From: Camelus dromedarius
Taxonomy: Eukaryota
Direction of reading: 5' to 3'
Length of the DNA: 64,000 nt
Assembly: GCF_036321535.1 (NCBI RefSeq)
Contig: NC_087437.1
Location: forward strand, 31,498,001-31,562,000
The position numbers and the translations under genes were made by a program. Under the pieces are notes generated by a model, which was not told the origin of the DNA, made no database searches, and saw only the letters and a list, made by a program, of their open reading frames with translations. Positions 61,101 to 64,000 of this stretch are shown one piece after another. Each line of letters opens with the position of its first letter. Within the stretch, counting starts at the first letter, position 1.

Positions 61101-63114
61101 GCTATTTATGACTCTCCATAATACGACTACATGTGTTATTTAAAAATAAATGCTAAGAACTGTGGATTTTCTGTGATTCATTTGGGAAATGTTGTGGTTC
61201 TTCATGGTTTGGTCAAAAAAAAAAAAAAAAAGAAACAGAACTTTAGGAATTTTTTAAAAAAGGGCAAGAATTCTCCAGTTTTTCTGGACTGGTGCAGGCA
61301 CAGTTTTTAGGCCTAAGACTTGATATAACGTTATTTCCCCTTGGCTCCATCTTCATCACTCCCCTTCAGGGATTTTCACAGGCTCATCTCCATGTTTTGT
61401 GATGCAGCAGAGTAAAGCTTTGCAAACACAAAGGCCTGTCTGCGGGAAAGTGGCTTCTGCATAAGAAACATTATGAAATTGCTTGCTTGACTTGTCTCCC
61501 CCTCCCTGTTTGGATTTTTGAAATTCAGAGAAAACAAATCAAAACTTCTGAAGAAGAGTTTATCTTCTAAAGAAGAGAGAAAACATTCAGCTGCAACATG
61601 CTGTGAACATTTCAGGGCCTGCTTCTCATTCCAGATGCATGGCGTGCCTTGCTACTTAAGACAGAAAATCCCCTGCTGTGTTCCCTAAGCAGGCGCATAG
61701 AGCAGATTTCATGAGCTCCTGGGTGCAGTTTAGACTCTGGTTCTTAATGCTCAGTCATTAAAAATGCTATAGGAGATATAACTCTATTGGGTGTTATTTG
61801 GGAAGATCCCACTGGATGGCATCTTCCCAAATAAGGTGGGGAGAAGAAATGGAGCTCAATTTAGCAACAAGGGAAGGGTGTGCTTGGAATGAGGCTTAAT
61901 CAGCTTGCTTTGAACAGAAAGCTTTGCTCCATTGCACCATCAGCTTCAAAGATTTCTGAAACTCTCTGGACCTGGGGAAAGATGCTAACAGGCTTACGGT
62001 CCTTTTTGAGTACAATGCTGGCTAGATGTTGTGTATAATTCAGACTAGGTAAGTCATGTCACACACGTGACTGACAAGCAACTGCTAGCAATTCTCATTT
62101 AGGAAAATCAGAAGATTTGCATGAAGGCCTGGTGGCAATTGTAGCAATTATAGAAATTGCTCAAGTGTGAAAGTTAAACCTTGTGAAAGATTCAGCTCTT
62201 GGTGAATGAGACCCTTCTGGATTTTTTTTTTTTAAATGACTCATCCTACTTAAAACTAAGCTTTCATCATTCTCTGAACAGTCATATTGTTTTCCCTGTA
62301 ACAAATCTATATCCATTTATTGAGGACATGTAGGAATTTGCAGCATAAAATAAATTTTATAGTAAAAAAATTCTGTACTGTATGCCTGATTTCTGGAGGT
62401 GGTTTTATTCTTGTATTTTTGCTTTTTTTTTTTTTTTTGTATCTCTTACTCACAGCCCCTTATGCCTTTAAGAGATTACTCATCTTTGAGTTGAATTAAT
62501 CCATTAACCGTTTCACTACAGAAAATCCTCCAGGCTGTTCCTTCCAAGAGAATGCAAGACTTAATGATCAGATATTTGAACATACGTGATGAGAATGCAT
62601 AAAACTTATAGGAGCACTAACCAACTTCCTTTTAAAACCCACAAATGACTAAATGCACAACTTATATATCTGGTTATCTAACATCAGGACAATACTCATT
62701 TCAAATATTTGATATATTTTTCTTTAAAAGTACACTCACACTTTATATTTCACTTATATTGGTTAAAAGTGCACTGTGGGACCAAGAGGGAACACAAAAA
62801 CAGTTGACTGATTTTGCCATTCTAGACACATAAGAAGCCATGGCTGTGTTTGCTAAAACAGGAAACAAAACAGAACTCTTTCCTAAGGTTAGAAATCATG
62901 AAGACAAGTGGGTCCTCTTGAGAAGCAATATCCCAAGGTGAATCCAAAGTCCAGCAGACAGATTGACTTTTATGAATTTAGGAAGTAGTACATGGAATAA
63001 ATCATAGATGAAGAGATGGCCTAGGTTTAGGTGGTCTACTGGCAAGTTCTAGCAAGTCTTCAAGATAGAGATAACATTATTTGATCTGTTTGAGAGTATG
63101 GAAAAATACGGAAA

Positions 63115-64000
63115 GACTTTCAAGATGGCTGACTAAATACTCTACCCAAAATCTCATTGAAACGGCACAAGAAATATAAAAGAGTCAGAATAATCAACAT
63201 CAGAACTAGGAAACCAGAAAACGTACCATTAACAGGCTCAGGAACAGCGAGAAATTCTAGAAAAGTGTACAAGTTAAAATTGGCAGATAAAGCTCCCCAA
63301 ACAGAGGGAACTGAAAGCCCAGGGAGATAAAAAGAAGGCTTTTTTTAAGGTGTTTTTTTTTTTTTTTTTTTTTTTTTTTGGCAGAACTCTAGTAAAAGCC
63401 CAAGATCAGACAAAGCAGATGCTCATAAAAAGAGTGAGCCATGAGCAGAGACAGGTAACTGCTTATAATTAGAATCTATCTTTAAACTGTTAAAGGAACA
63501 GGATTTCTACTATCAGTTGAAGAACTAACCACCAAAGAAAAAGAGATTTTTAAAGAAATAGATAATAATTTTAAAATAAGGTTAATTAAGATTCTCAGAG
63601 AGAGTAAAAATATTGTATTTATTAAACAAAAAAACTTATGAAAAAGAATTAGTTCTTAAAAATATTTGGGTGTAGACTCAGATTTTTAAAAGAAAAATTA
63701 AAAATAAGTATTCATTTCAAGAGTCTAAAAACAAGAAAAATTTAAAAATAAACATTTTGAAAAAGTAAAAGACATTAAGAGATTATACAAAATAAAAGCA
63801 TAAATTAATTAAAAGGAAAAACAAGCAAAAACTAAGGTAACATGAAAATTCAATCGAATACAAAGCTGGTTCTTTGGAAAGTAAAATGCAAACTAAACTT
63901 TGGGTAATTTGAGTAAAAATAAATAGAAAGCACAAATAACTAATATTAGGAATGAAAAAGGGGGACTTAATTATAGATACAGGAGAGATTAAGAAAATGC
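63115..64000 (+). mobile_element. Old L1M fragments running off the window
   Basis: aagatggctgactaa start, then ORF2-like caaagctggttctttggaaag...acaaataactaatattaggaatgaaaaaggggac...tagatacaggagagattaagaaaat at ~63850-64000. Confidence 0.7.

Noticed and set aside
1..64000. Prokaryote-style systems (CRISPR arrays, operons, defence islands) or a foreign insert
   Set aside because: The sequence is consistently mammalian, with spliced exons and eutherian repeats. I saw no repeat-spacer array, long intronless ORF or abrupt compositional break.

Overview
Mammalian genomic DNA, most likely camelid, judged from three copies of a Vic-1-like tRNA-Ala-derived SINE. The first ~12.9 kb holds the 3' half of TIPARP (PARP7/ARTD14) on the + strand: four coding exons (3289-3457, 4786-4946, 9875-10153, 10806-11253), all with AG acceptors and the first three with GT donors. 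They join in frame into the WWE region and the mono-ADP-ribosyltransferase domain with an intact H-Y-I triad. A ~1.6 kb 3'UTR with tandem AATAAA signals follows. The remaining ~51 kb is intergenic and rich in interspersed repeats (L1, L2, MIR, MaLR LTRs, hAT-Charlie/MER elements, SINEs), several with visible target-site duplications and nested insertions. Almost all other listed ORFs are chance or repeat-derived. I found no convincing undescribed biological system. The best leads are candidate regulatory elements around TIPARP, a perfect inverted repeat near 61.8 kb and transposon nesting histories. Repeat subfamily names and exon numbers come from recall, not from a database search.
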